Assembly: GCA_014238315.1 (NCBI GenBank)
Contig: JABABG010000062.1
Coordinates: 3,568 to 67,567 of the forward strand
Direction: 5' to 3'
Length of the DNA stretch: 64,000 nt
From: Alphaproteobacteria bacterium
GTDB lineage: Bacteria; Pseudomonadota; Alphaproteobacteria; JABAAW01
The notes beneath the pieces were generated by a model. The model made no database searches, was not told the origin of the DNA, and saw nothing but the letters and a program-made list of their open reading frames with translations. The position numbers and the translations under genes are program-made. Below, in pieces: positions 18,345 through 27,255 of this stretch (its first letter is position 1; the number at the start of each line of letters is the position of its first letter).

Positions 18345-19715
18345 TTACTTACCGATGCAAAAATCGGCAAAAATTTTATCCAAAACCGCCTCGATATCCC
18401 GCGTTCCTATAAGACGCCCGATCGCTTCGTAAGCCTCGCGCAACGCCTGCGCCTGCAGAGCCCAATCCTCACTAGATTGCGCCTGCTGCAAGTTCTGGCA
18501 GACCTGCGCCAACGCCTGCCCATAGCGCGCACGAGTAGGCGCAAGTACTGGCGGAACATCCTCCAGTCGGCCTTTCAAAGCATCGAGAAACTCGCCAACT
18601 CCCTCCCCACTCAAAGCGGAGAGCAAAAAGCAACCTGCCAACTCTTCGCTATTTTTAATCTTCTTCCTCGCAACCTCATCCAACAAATCGCTCTTATTGA
18701 GGACTAGAAAATCATGAGGGATTTCTTCGTCATTTTTTTTAGTTTTTTTCGCCTTTTTTATCTCCGTGCTATTTTTGCCTACCTTACCCGCATCGCGCAA
18801 TCGCACCACGATATGCGCCTCGTTGGCAGTTTTTTTCGCGCGTATTATCCCTTGAGCCTCGACCTCGCTTCGCGCTGCCCGCAATCCTGCGGTATCGAGC
18901 AAATCCACGGCGAGCCCGTCTATCTCGACCCTAACGCGCACGACATCCCTAGTTGTGCCCGCTCGCGCCGAGACGATAGCCGCCTCTTCCTGCGCTATGC
19001 GATTGAGCAAACTAGACTTACCGACATTCGGCTCGCCGATTATAGCCACAGACACTCCATTCCTTACGCGTTCGGCTTTCCCTGCAAGCTTAAGATGCTC
19101 TGATATTTCATCGAGTAGCATAGCGATGGGTTTTTCTTGTAGCTCAACTGGCATAGCACTATTTAGGTCTTCGTCTGGGAAATCGATTAGCGCCTCGCGT
19201 TGGCATAGTAGATCGAACAACCTCTCCGCCCAACCTGCGTATAACCCTGCCAAAGCACCTTCGCTTTGTGCGAGGGCTTGCCGCCTTTGCGCCTGCGTCT
19301 CAGCGTTTATGAGGTCGATAAGCCCCTCTGCACGAGTTATATCGATTTTTCCAGCGAGCAACGCCCTGCGAGTAAACTCGCCTGGTTCTGCTATTCGCAA
19401 TCGCAAGCCAACTTGTGCCTGCCAAGCTGCGACGATTGCTGCGACGATTGCGCTTGAACCGTGGCAATGCACCTCTGCCATATTTTCACCGGTGTAGCTT
19501 TTCGGAGCCTCGAAGCGCACTGTGAGAGCTCTATCCAAGAGTAAACCGCCTTTACCGGCGTGCAATTTCCGCAATTCGAGTCTTCCGTGCGGCTGCAACG
19601 CACCCTGTAGCACCTGCAAGGCTTCGAAGGCTTGCGCGCCGGATATTCTAATAACGCTTACAGCAACACGAGTGCGTCCGCTAGCGACAGCATAAATTGT
19701 ATCTGCGTTTTTCAA
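18345..19715 (-). CDS. mnmE: tRNA modification GTPase MnmE
   Basis: G-domain motifs GEPNVGKSSLLN, DTAG; C-terminal CIGK. Carries an inserted Lys-rich segment (KKAKKTKKNDEE). Confidence 0.9.
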   Translation of the reverse strand: MKNADTIYAVASGRTRVAVSVIRISGAQAFEALQVLQGALQPHGRLELRKLHAGKGGLLLDRALTVRFEAPKSYTGENMAEVHCHGSSAIVAAIVAAWQAQVGLRLRIAEPGEFTRRALLAGKIDITRAEGLIDLINAETQAQRRQALAQSEGALAGLYAGWAERLFDLLCQREALIDFPDEDLNSAMPVELQEKPIAMLLDEISEHLKLAGKAERVRNGVSVAIIGEPNVGKSSLLNRIAQEEAAIVSARAGTTRDVVRVRVEIDGLAVDLLDTAGLRAARSEVEAQGIIRAKKTANEAHIVVRLRDAGKVGKNSTEIKKAKKTKKNDEEIPHDFLVLNKSDLLDEVARKKIKNSEELAGCFLLSALSGEGVGEFLDALKGRLEDVPPVLAPTRARYGQALAQVCQNLQQAQSSEDWALQAQALREAYEAIGRLIGTRDIEAVLDKIFADFCIGK

Positions 19716-20302
19716 GGAAGCCTTTGCCGAGACTCGATAGCGGTAGCCAAGGTTCCCTCGTCCATATAATCGAGTTCACCACCGATGGGCACTCCGCGCG
19801 CCAACCTAGTTGCCTTGACACCCAATTTTCCCAGCCTTTCGGCGATATAGTGCGCGGTAGTCTGCCCTTCGACCGTCAGGTTTGTAGCGAGTATTACCTC
19901 CTCGATTTTCTGCTCGACCACCCTTTTTTCTAACGAAGCGAGTCTCAGGTCGTCTGGACCTACGCCATTTAGCGCGGACAAGACCCCGCCGAGAACATGA
20001 TATCTACCGCGAAAACAATCGCTACGCTCTAACGCCCACAAGTCTGCGATCTGTTCGACCACGCATAGAGTTGCGTTTTCTCTTTTTTCGTCGATGCACA
20101 AGTAGCAAGGACTAACTTCGTCCCAGTTTCCGCAAATTCTGCAAGTAGTTAGGCTTTCAGCGACAGCCATCATTTCCTGAGCGAGAGGTATCAGCAAACT
20201 TTCGCGCCTTGCGAGCAAATGCTGTACTATCCGTCGCGCCGAGCGAGGTCCGAGCCCTGGCAAACGTCCCAACAGGCGAGTAAGTTTTTCAACCTGTTTC
20301 AT
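19712..20302 (-). CDS. recR: recombination protein RecR
   Basis: C4 zinc finger (CxxC...CxxC) and Toprim domain. Confidence 0.9.
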   Translation of the reverse strand: MKQVEKLTRLLGRLPGLGPRSARRIVQHLLARRESLLIPLAQEMMAVAESLTTCRICGNWDEVSPCYLCIDEKRENATLCVVEQIADLWALERSDCFRGRYHVLGGVLSALNGVGPDDLRLASLEKRVVEQKIEEVILATNLTVEGQTTAHYIAERLGKLGVKATRLARGVPIGGELDYMDEGTLATAIESRQRLP

Positions 20303-20420
20303 TGCGATTTTATTTTTTGCCCTGGTATTTTTTGTTCAGTTTTCGTCTCGCTCACCTACCCCCCTTATCCCGCCTTGTTCGCTTGGCTTTTTTTGTTGTT
20401 TTGCTTGAGTTTCACTATTT

Positions 20421-21158
20421 TTATTCGAGTAGTTCATTGACCAATTTAGGCACTTCGATGCTTGCCTTACCATATCTATTTTGGTCGAAAAGATGTGATA
20501 TTTCGGTTTCTTGTAGATTGATTTCGATTTTTTCTGCATTTTCAGCTTGCTCGACGAAGCCGGCTGCGGGATATACTGCCCCTGCGGTTCCTATAGCGAT
20601 GAAGATTCTGCATTCTTGCAATAGGCAATATACGGCTGGCAAATAGTATGGGATTTCACCGAAGAACACGACATCTGGTCGCATCCCCCCTATTTTTTTA
20701 CACTTTGCACAAACACTCTGCACCGAGATACTCTTTTCGCATTTTTCTCGCGATCCGCAAAATCTGCACAAGACCTTCATAGCTTCGCCGTGTATATGAA
20801 TTACATTTCTGCTTTCTGCTTTTTCGTGCAGGTTATCGATATTTTGAGTGACCATAGAGCATTTACCAGTCCATAGTTTTTGCAATTCTGCGAGTCCGAT
20901 ATGGGCTTTGTTTGGCTTTATGTTTTCTCCCACCAGCTCTTTGCGCCGCGCATTGTAAAACTCCTGCACGAGTTCTGGCTGCCGATTGAATCCTTCGATG
21001 GAGGCTACTACCTGCGGCGAGTATTTATCCCAAATTCCGCCTTTATCGCGAAAGGTATCGAGTCCCGATTCGCGTGATATACCTGCGCCGGTTAGTATTA
21101 CGATGGATCTACTATCGCTTTTCGTCATCGAGCTCGCGGTGTTTGACTTTATCCCCAA
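20421..21158 (-). CDS. cobB: NAD-dependent protein deacylase, Sir2 family
   Basis: GAGIS(R)ESG..TFR motif and Zn-binding CxxC pairs. Confidence 0.8.
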   Translation of the reverse strand: MGIKSNTASSMTKSDSRSIVILTGAGISRESGLDTFRDKGGIWDKYSPQVVASIEGFNRQPELVQEFYNARRKELVGENIKPNKAHIGLAELQKLWTGKCSMVTQNIDNLHEKAESRNVIHIHGEAMKVLCRFCGSREKCEKSISVQSVCAKCKKIGGMRPDVVFFGEIPYYLPAVYCLLQECRIFIAIGTAGAVYPAAGFVEQAENAEKIEINLQETEISHLFDQNRYGKASIEVPKLVNELLE

Positions 21159-21633
21159 CCTTTATCCCCAGCCTCTGCGCGCTACCAGCCGCTACTTCGA
21201 GCACGGCTATCACTTTGCTAGACGAGCTTATCACTCGTAGCGACATTGGAGTTGTTTTCTCTACTATTTTGACGACATTTCTTTTTTGGTCGATAAAGAT
21301 CATGTCGAGCGGAATGAATGTATTTTTCATCCACATTTTCACGACTTGCGGCTTTTTATGCATGAACAGCATGCCGTGGTTTTTTTCGAGCTTAGTGCGA
21401 AACATTAACCCTCTCTTCTTCTGGGCTGAGGTTATTGCCAGCTCTATTGTAATTTTATGAACTTCTCCTTTACTCGAGCATATTAGCAAAACTTGTTGCT
21501 CTGCACGCGCTTGAGAGACGCAAGCGTCTATTTTTTTTGCATTTGCATTTTGTACATAAGGTCTTACTAGGCAAGAGCCCAAAATAGCGACGCATATAGC
21601 TACCCCCTTTATCGATTGAGCATAGCTTGTCAT
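21112..21633 (-). CDS. DUF192 (COG1430) family protein with signal peptide
   Basis: Conserved DUF192 core (GLMFR ... MWMKNTFIPLDMIFID); overlaps the cobB 5' end by about 46 bp. Confidence 0.55.
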   Translation of the reverse strand: MTSYAQSIKGVAICVAILGSCLVRPYVQNANAKKIDACVSQARAEQQVLLICSSKGEVHKITIELAITSAQKKRGLMFRTKLEKNHGMLFMHKKPQVVKMWMKNTFIPLDMIFIDQKRNVVKIVEKTTPMSLRVISSSSKVIAVLEVAAGSAQRLGIKVGDKVKHRELDDEKR

Positions 21634-21799
21634 TTTAGATGATTTTTTTTCTGCACGCCTCCACTATAGCCCACAAGGAACGATGTATAAGTAAAAATTA
21701 ACTCTCCTTTTGATTGTATTTTTATTTTAATTCTATTGACTGCTCTACTCGACTCTATCAATATGTAAGTTTTTAGAAACTATACTGGTTGAGTTTAGC

Positions 21800-23515
21800 T
21801 TGCCTACTCGTGACCTACTTTTTGTGCGAAATTTCAGCACTACCCGCGAGTTTTTAAATTTTTCACTCGCCTTGCAGACGATTGTTTTCTGCGGGCTTGT
21901 AATCTGCTTTTCGCTTTTGTTTATCGCACCTGCGAGTTCGGAGGAGGAGAATTCTGATACGGATTTTACCCTAGGTCGAAAAGCCGGCTCTAGTTCTGCC
22001 AGTTCTACGCCTAACAAGAGATTCATATTTTTCACGAAGTCGAGCACTTACCTCAGATATGGTGGCGTTAGCGTTTCGGATTCGACCAACCTTATAGGTT
22101 ATAGCAGAGGAAGATTAACCGATTCTGATACGGATTTTGTTATGAGCAACAACTATACCTCTTACGCGAGCCCTCTTGTCTCGTTAGGTTCGTTTCGTTT
22201 TGACCCTTACGAGCTAGAACTAGGCTTTGAGGCTCGCGCGCCATTGTCTGCCAAGCTAAATGGCGGCGTTCGCGTTTCATTTGACGCACTAGAGTTAGGC
22301 GAGCTTCTCTCTGGTTCTGTTTGGGGAGGTAGGGAGGTTTATCCTTGGCAACATTTTTCATCTGGTCCCTTGCGCGAGGGCTTTGCCTACCTTTCGCATC
22401 CTCGCTGGGGCAAGTTCAGCTTGGGCTTCTTGGAGGGGGTGGCAAGCCTTTTAGACGGAGGGGCGCGCGCTATTTCTGCGGGCAGTGGTGGTCTTTATGA
22501 CGGTTTTTCGCGGACACCTTGGCAAATACACCGTCTTGGCTTGACACTAGGACGAGCTTCGAGCGAGAATTTTCCGAAGGTTCAGTATCTATCACCGAGT
22601 TTTTACGGAATAGACATCGGCATAGAATGGTTTACGAATGCGCAACCTGCTACGAACAAACTTTCTAGCTTACCTTACCCTAATGGCTCGAATTGCATCC
22701 ACAGCTTATTTTATAGAAACGATCAAGCACTCGGTACCCCCTCCTCATCGATTCGTGGTAATGGTGTTTTTATTGCGGACACTTTTTTCCCGGACAATTT
22801 ACCGTCTAGCCTTAAATGTTGGCAATTATCGAGTGCTTCTTCGGGTTGGCATCCGAATGCATCACGCTTTATTACGGGCGGCAATTTAACGGTTGCGTAT
22901 GAGAAATCATTTACCGAAAATTTATCTTTAGAGGCTTCGACGAGCTACGGCATTCTCTATACGAGCGCACATTCGACGGATTACCGTTTTGCAGATCGCA
23001 TATACCCAAACAAGGTTATCGGTAGGGCGAGTTCACTAGACCAAGCTTTTAGCTTGGGCACGAGCTTACACTGGCGAGACTATTCGCTTTTTTCTGGCTT
23101 TGTCTATCTTTTCCCAAGCGGGTATGAACTAGAAGACTTGTCGGGCGTTCGGTCGAACGAATCTGGAGCTAGTGGTTTTATATGGTCGTTGGGAATAAAG
23201 GCCGATCGCCTTATTCCGACTAGGGGTGGAGGAGGCAAGGCTGGTGGTGTTTCAATGAGTTTCGCCCAAGCTATAACGAAAGACCCATACTTAAGCGATG
23301 GTCAGCGACAGGAAACTTCTTTGTTAAATATCGGCAGCAACTATCCTCTCGCTGATGGCGTGTTGCTAGTTATAGACTATTGGTATGGAGACGCTGTTCT
23401 GAATATACCTTTTGGTTTTATCCACTTCCCTTCTGGAGATAAGGATTTCGTTTTTTACGAGCAACGCCTAACCGACACGCACGAGTTCGCCATTGGTATA
23501 AAGATGGAGTTTTAG
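21800..23515 (+). CDS. putative outer-membrane beta-barrel protein (porin-like), family not recognised
   Basis: N-terminal hydrophobic signal-like segment, alternating amphipathic beta-strand pattern, Gly/Ser/Tyr-rich, C-terminal aromatic residue (…IKMEF). Start codon uncertain. Confidence 0.4.
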   Translation: MPTRDLLFVRNFSTTREFLNFSLALQTIVFCGLVICFSLLFIAPASSEEENSDTDFTLGRKAGSSSASSTPNKRFIFFTKSSTYLRYGGVSVSDSTNLIGYSRGRLTDSDTDFVMSNNYTSYASPLVSLGSFRFDPYELELGFEARAPLSAKLNGGVRVSFDALELGELLSGSVWGGREVYPWQHFSSGPLREGFAYLSHPRWGKFSLGFLEGVASLLDGGARAISAGSGGLYDGFSRTPWQIHRLGLTLGRASSENFPKVQYLSPSFYGIDIGIEWFTNAQPATNKLSSLPYPNGSNCIHSLFYRNDQALGTPSSSIRGNGVFIADTFFPDNLPSSLKCWQLSSASSGWHPNASRFITGGNLTVAYEKSFTENLSLEASTSYGILYTSAHSTDYRFADRIYPNKVIGRASSLDQAFSLGTSLHWRDYSLFSGFVYLFPSGYELEDLSGVRSNESGASGFIWSLGIKADRLIPTRGGGGKAGGVSMSFAQAITKDPYLSDGQRQETSLLNIGSNYPLADGVLLVIDYWYGDAVLNIPFGFIHFPSGDKDFVFYEQRLTDTHEFAIGIKMEF

Positions 23516-23521
23516 CCGAGC

Positions 23522-24793
23522 TCAGCTAGGTCTATTAGAGAACGCTGTTAAAACTTTAAACCGCTCGCCCATTGCATCTTTTGCGACCAGCCTTTCATTC
23601 CTTTCTGCGATATGGCTGTCTTTGTTTTTTTGCCTGAAGGCTTTATCATCGCGCAAGAACTCCCTCTGCGTGGTTATGCTGCACTCGTCTAGCTCGCGGA
23701 ATTCGTTTGCTATAGATTCGAAATCGACCTCGACGCTCATATCGCAAGCACCGTAGTACAGCAAGGGGTCGACAACTTTATGGCGGAAGAATGCCTGCAA
23801 GCTACCACCTTTTTTTGCCTTCTTTTGCGATGAGTATCCGTAGTCGCATATAAGAACGGCACCGCCGAAGCGCGCGAGCACCTGTGCCAAGTTTGCGGTT
23901 ATGGCTAGGGTACGCGGCGAGATTTCTATAACTTGCTCGATCATTCCCTCTTGGTTTATTCTCTCTTGGTTTATTTCCTTTTGGCTTATCCCTTTTTGGT
24001 TTGCTTGTTTTTTTCTCTGCGTTTTTTGTTGTCCGAGGGCTTTTAGCAAGATGGGCGGTAAGGCTTGTTGCTCTGCGCGCACGAACCGCAAACTCGAGCT
24101 AAAGTCCAAACTAAAGTCCAAGCTAAAACCTAAGCCAAAGTCCTGGTCTAACCCTAGATATTTGTTTAGCGAATCGTTGGTTACCGCTACCCGTCGCATA
24201 AAACTCTGGTATTCGTGCGGGTTGCTTTGCGCCGATTTTTGCGAGCGAGACGATAGCAAAACATATTGCCTAGTGGGCAAGGCGTCAAAGAATTCATTTG
24301 CGATAAAGATAGCGGTTCCCTCAGGCACATCTTCGAGATTTTCGTGCCAGGCAACTCCGCGCAATCGGCAGCTATTTGAGAATTTAGCGAATACTTGCGC
24401 CTGCTTTTGTCGAAGGCTTTGATTGACCTCGACCAGCTGAACGAAAAGACAGGGCATTAGCTCACGACAATTTTCCTGCAGGTAGTAGAGAACATCGTGC
24501 AACAGCTCGCCCCTTCCTGCTCCCGCCTCGACCAGCATCACTTTGCGAGGTTTGCGCAAGCGTTTCCAGTTAAGCTCGACCCATGCACCTACGGTTGCGC
24601 CGAATTCTTGGCTCAACATAGGTGCTGTTATGAAATCTTGACCTAATTTTGCGTGTCGATAGTATCCAAATTGCGGGTCTGTTAGACAATGCGCCATAAA
24701 GTCTTCGGTTGTTATCGCACCGAATCGGGCTATTTTATCGATCAGGGTGGCGCGGCATTTTTTTGCGTACTGATTTTCCTCGACTTGCTTCAT
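23522..24793 (-). CDS. class I SAM-dependent methyltransferase, MidA/NDUFAF7-like (DUF185), with in-frame repeat insertions
   Basis: AGAGRGEL motif in the position of the MidA GPGRG motif; about 423 aa. Contains two in-frame tandem-repeat blocks. Confidence 0.5.
   Translation of the reverse strand: MKQVEENQYAKKCRATLIDKIARFGAITTEDFMAHCLTDPQFGYYRHAKLGQDFITAPMLSQEFGATVGAWVELNWKRLRKPRKVMLVEAGAGRGELLHDVLYYLQENCRELMPCLFVQLVEVNQSLRQKQAQVFAKFSNSCRLRGVAWHENLEDVPEGTAIFIANEFFDALPTRQYVLLSSRSQKSAQSNPHEYQSFMRRVAVTNDSLNKYLGLDQDFGLGFSLDFSLDFSSSLRFVRAEQQALPPILLKALGQQKTQRKKQANQKGISQKEINQERINQEGMIEQVIEISPRTLAITANLAQVLARFGGAVLICDYGYSSQKKAKKGGSLQAFFRHKVVDPLLYYGACDMSVEVDFESIANEFRELDECSITTQREFLRDDKAFRQKNKDSHIAERNERLVAKDAMGERFKVLTAFSNRPS
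23948..24007. repeat. 15-bp tandem repeat x4 inside methyltransferase gene
   Basis: ctcttggtttattct-like units read directly from sequence; encodes QKEINQERINQEG-type repeats on the minus strand. Confidence 0.8.
24098..24145. repeat. 12-bp tandem repeat x4 inside methyltransferase gene
   Basis: gctaaagtccaa-like units read directly from sequence; encodes LDFS repeats on the minus strand. Confidence 0.8.
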
Positions 24794-24796
24794 TTT

Positions 24797-25654
24797 TCAT
24801 CTAGTTATTGCGCGAACCAAACATATAACCCCGGCTATGAAGAAGCCTAGCGATAAGATTTGCCCCACGGATATCACCCCGAATATCAATCCTATATGCG
24901 CGTCTGGCTGTCGAGTGAATTCTAGCGCGAATCGAGCAACCGAATAGCTGGCTATGAACAAACCGAATACTGCTCCTCTATAGCGTAGCAATCGCAGATA
25001 TTTTGTCGCGATCACAATAATTACGAACAACAATAAGCCTTCTACGAGAGCCTCGTATATTTGACTTGGGTGGCGCGCTTGGCTATCGACATTGGGGAAA
25101 ATAACCGCCCATGGAACCTCCCAGGACTCGGCTATTGCCCTACCCCAGAGTTCGGCGTTTATGAAGTTTGCGAGCCTACCGAAAAACAATGCGATGGGAA
25201 CGGACATAGCGATGAGGTCGCCTAGGTACCAATGATCGAGCAACTTTTCTGCCGAATCATTTTTTTTACCACTTCTTTTATTTAAGATTTTGCAGAATAG
25301 AACCGCCGCTACGACCAGTCCCAGAGCGCCGCCGTGAAAGGACATTCCTCCTTGCCAAATTGCAAAGATTTCGAGCGGATTTCGGGCGAAATAAGCTGGA
25401 GCATAGAACAAGACGTACCCCATGCGCCCTCCTAATATCACGCCCCATATTGCCCAAGATAGAAAATCTGTTAGATATTCTTTTTTTACAGGCTTTTCAG
25501 ACCAATTATTAAAGTATCGAGTTAGCATCCAGGTAGCTACGAAACCCAATAAGTATGCGATTGCGTACCAGCGGATGGAGAAAGAACCTATCGATATAAA
25601 GACCGGGTCGATAGAGGGGAACATATACGGACCTGCTAGGGGAAAGACGAACAC
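24797..25654 (-). CDS. lgt: prolipoprotein diacylglyceryl transferase
   Basis: Lgt signature region (GRMGYVLFY..., FHGGALG), 7-TM. Confidence 0.85.
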   Translation of the reverse strand: MFVFPLAGPYMFPSIDPVFISIGSFSIRWYAIAYLLGFVATWMLTRYFNNWSEKPVKKEYLTDFLSWAIWGVILGGRMGYVLFYAPAYFARNPLEIFAIWQGGMSFHGGALGLVVAAVLFCKILNKRSGKKNDSAEKLLDHWYLGDLIAMSVPIALFFGRLANFINAELWGRAIAESWEVPWAVIFPNVDSQARHPSQIYEALVEGLLLFVIIVIATKYLRLLRYRGAVFGLFIASYSVARFALEFTRQPDAHIGLIFGVISVGQILSLGFFIAGVICLVRAITR

Positions 25655-25870
25655 GAGCGACCTCTTTATTGTTTGTTACTCTTCGTTGCCAAAATTGTTT
25701 GAATAACTTATAATAGCCTTATAGTTTTACCAGACCAATAGGCGAGCAACTTTTTTAGCCTTGCTTTTGTGATCTTATGTGCGATGAAACTTACTCGACC
25801 ATCATCTAACTCTAGCCAAGGAAGCTCCTCTGACGAACGCAACGCGCGGGTTGACTCTGGAGGTGACCTT

Positions 25871-25942
25871 GGAACCACTCCTGGAACCACTCTTGGGACC
25901 GCCCCTGGGATTACCCCTGGGATTACCCCTGGGATAAACCTT
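25871..25942. repeat. 12-bp tandem repeat x6 (gggattacccct-like)
   Basis: Direct reading; lies in the open frame upstream of the irr core, where it would encode TPGTTLGTAPGITPGITPGI. Confidence 0.85.
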
Positions 25943-26050
25943 AAGGTCAACTCTGGTGGTAGCTCCAAGATCGGCTCTAGCGTTGAGCCACCTTGCGATT
26001 CGGAGGCTCGTTTAGCGGAATCTTGCCTAACCTCTTTAGAGAGTTATTCG

Positions 26051-26416
26051 GTGCGCCCGACGAGACAGAGACGCACTATTGTACGGCATATTTTTGCCTC
26101 GACTTCGCAGCATTTTTCGGCAGAGCAGTTGCACTACAAGATTAGACAAGAGAACCATAAGATATCGTTAGCGACGGTCTACAACACGCTTGGCTTATTG
26201 ACGCGCCATGGTTGGCTAAAACCGATAATTCTAGGTAAGGGTTCGACTGTTTTTGACAGCAATGTTTCTTACCACCATCACTTATATAATGTTGAGACGC
26301 AGGAGCTTTCGGACATCGCCTCGATTCCGATAGGCGAGCTCCCCTCGCTACCTGCAGATGTTTGCCTAGAGCGGGTCGAGGTAGTTGTCCGCGTGCGCCC
26401 CAAACAATCACCCTAA
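26051..26416 (+). CDS. irr: Fur-family iron response regulator Irr (frame is open upstream to ATG 25769, a possible 94-aa repeat-containing N-terminal extension)
   Basis: Fur fold with an internal HHH motif (YHHHLY), characteristic of Irr. GTG at 26051 gives an Irr-typical N-terminus MRPTRQRR. The upstream extension is low complexity. Confidence 0.65.
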   Translation: MRPTRQRRTIVRHIFASTSQHFSAEQLHYKIRQENHKISLATVYNTLGLLTRHGWLKPIILGKGSTVFDSNVSYHHHLYNVETQELSDIASIPIGELPSLPADVCLERVEVVVRVRPKQSP

Positions 26417-26492
26417 AAAGGGTAAAGTAAAAAGCCATTGCTTGGCACTCACCCTCGCCCGCAAACAAGGGCGAGATATTCAGCGACATGAT

Positions 26493-27242
26493 TCACGAGA
26501 ACCCACGCGGACAGAAGTAGTTTTTGAAGGGGTTTTTCTGCTTTAGCGCGAGCAGTTTATCGAATTTTCCATCGAATTGAATTTTTCCTTGCGCGAGGAA
26601 CATAGCACGGTCTGTGAATTGAGCTACTTCCTGCGGTGCGTGGGTGGTTATGATAGCGGCGCGTTTTTGTTTTCGCACGATGAACTGCAGGCGTTCGAGT
26701 ATTTCCAACCTTCTTCCTGGGTCTAGGGCACTTATCGGTTCGTCGAGCAACAAGACTTCGCTGTGCTTCTGGATCGACAATCGCGCGAGAGCAGCCAACT
26801 GCGCCTGCCCCTCGGATATTTGGTCTGGGTATCGATCTTTGAGAGCCGCTATCCCCATCGAGTCGAGCGATTCTTCGACGATTTTTTTTGTGTTTTGCCT
26901 TGCTTGTTTTTTTGCCTGTTTTTTTGCGTCTTGCTTTATCAGCTCAGACTCGATGCAAGCGAGGGCGACATTTTGGTATATTGTCAGGTGCGGAAATAAG
27001 CTACGTTGCTGGAACAGACTAGCGGTCGGTCCTTTGACGAGCGAATTTTCGAGTATAGATTTCCCGTCGAACAGTACTTCTCCACCTGCTGCGTGCAAGA
27101 ACCCGCCGAGGATTTGCAGTAGGGTGGTTTTTCCGCTTCCGTTTTCTCCAATCAGCTGCACGAGCTCGCCGCGCTTGAGGGTGAATTGGAAGTTCCATTT
27201 ATTTTCGCCTTGAGCGAACTTGAGATTGCGCAATTCCAGCAC
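26493..27242 (-). CDS. thiQ: ABC transporter ATP-binding protein, thiamine importer ThiQ-like
   Basis: Walker A GENGSGKTT, signature ISEGQAQ, Walker B LLLDEP; last gene of a BPQ-ordered operon. Confidence 0.7.
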   Translation of the reverse strand: MLELRNLKFAQGENKWNFQFTLKRGELVQLIGENGSGKTTLLQILGGFLHAAGGEVLFDGKSILENSLVKGPTASLFQQRSLFPHLTIYQNVALACIESELIKQDAKKQAKKQARQNTKKIVEESLDSMGIAALKDRYPDQISEGQAQLAALARLSIQKHSEVLLLDEPISALDPGRRLEILERLQFIVRKQKRAAIITTHAPQEVAQFTDRAMFLAQGKIQFDGKFDKLLALKQKNPFKNYFCPRGFS

Positions 27243-27255
27243 GAATTTTTTCTCT

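Noticed and set aside
20302-20646. 114-aa plus-strand ORF
   Set aside because: It overlaps the cobB 3' end antisense and the recR upstream region. It is T-rich low complexity with no start context.
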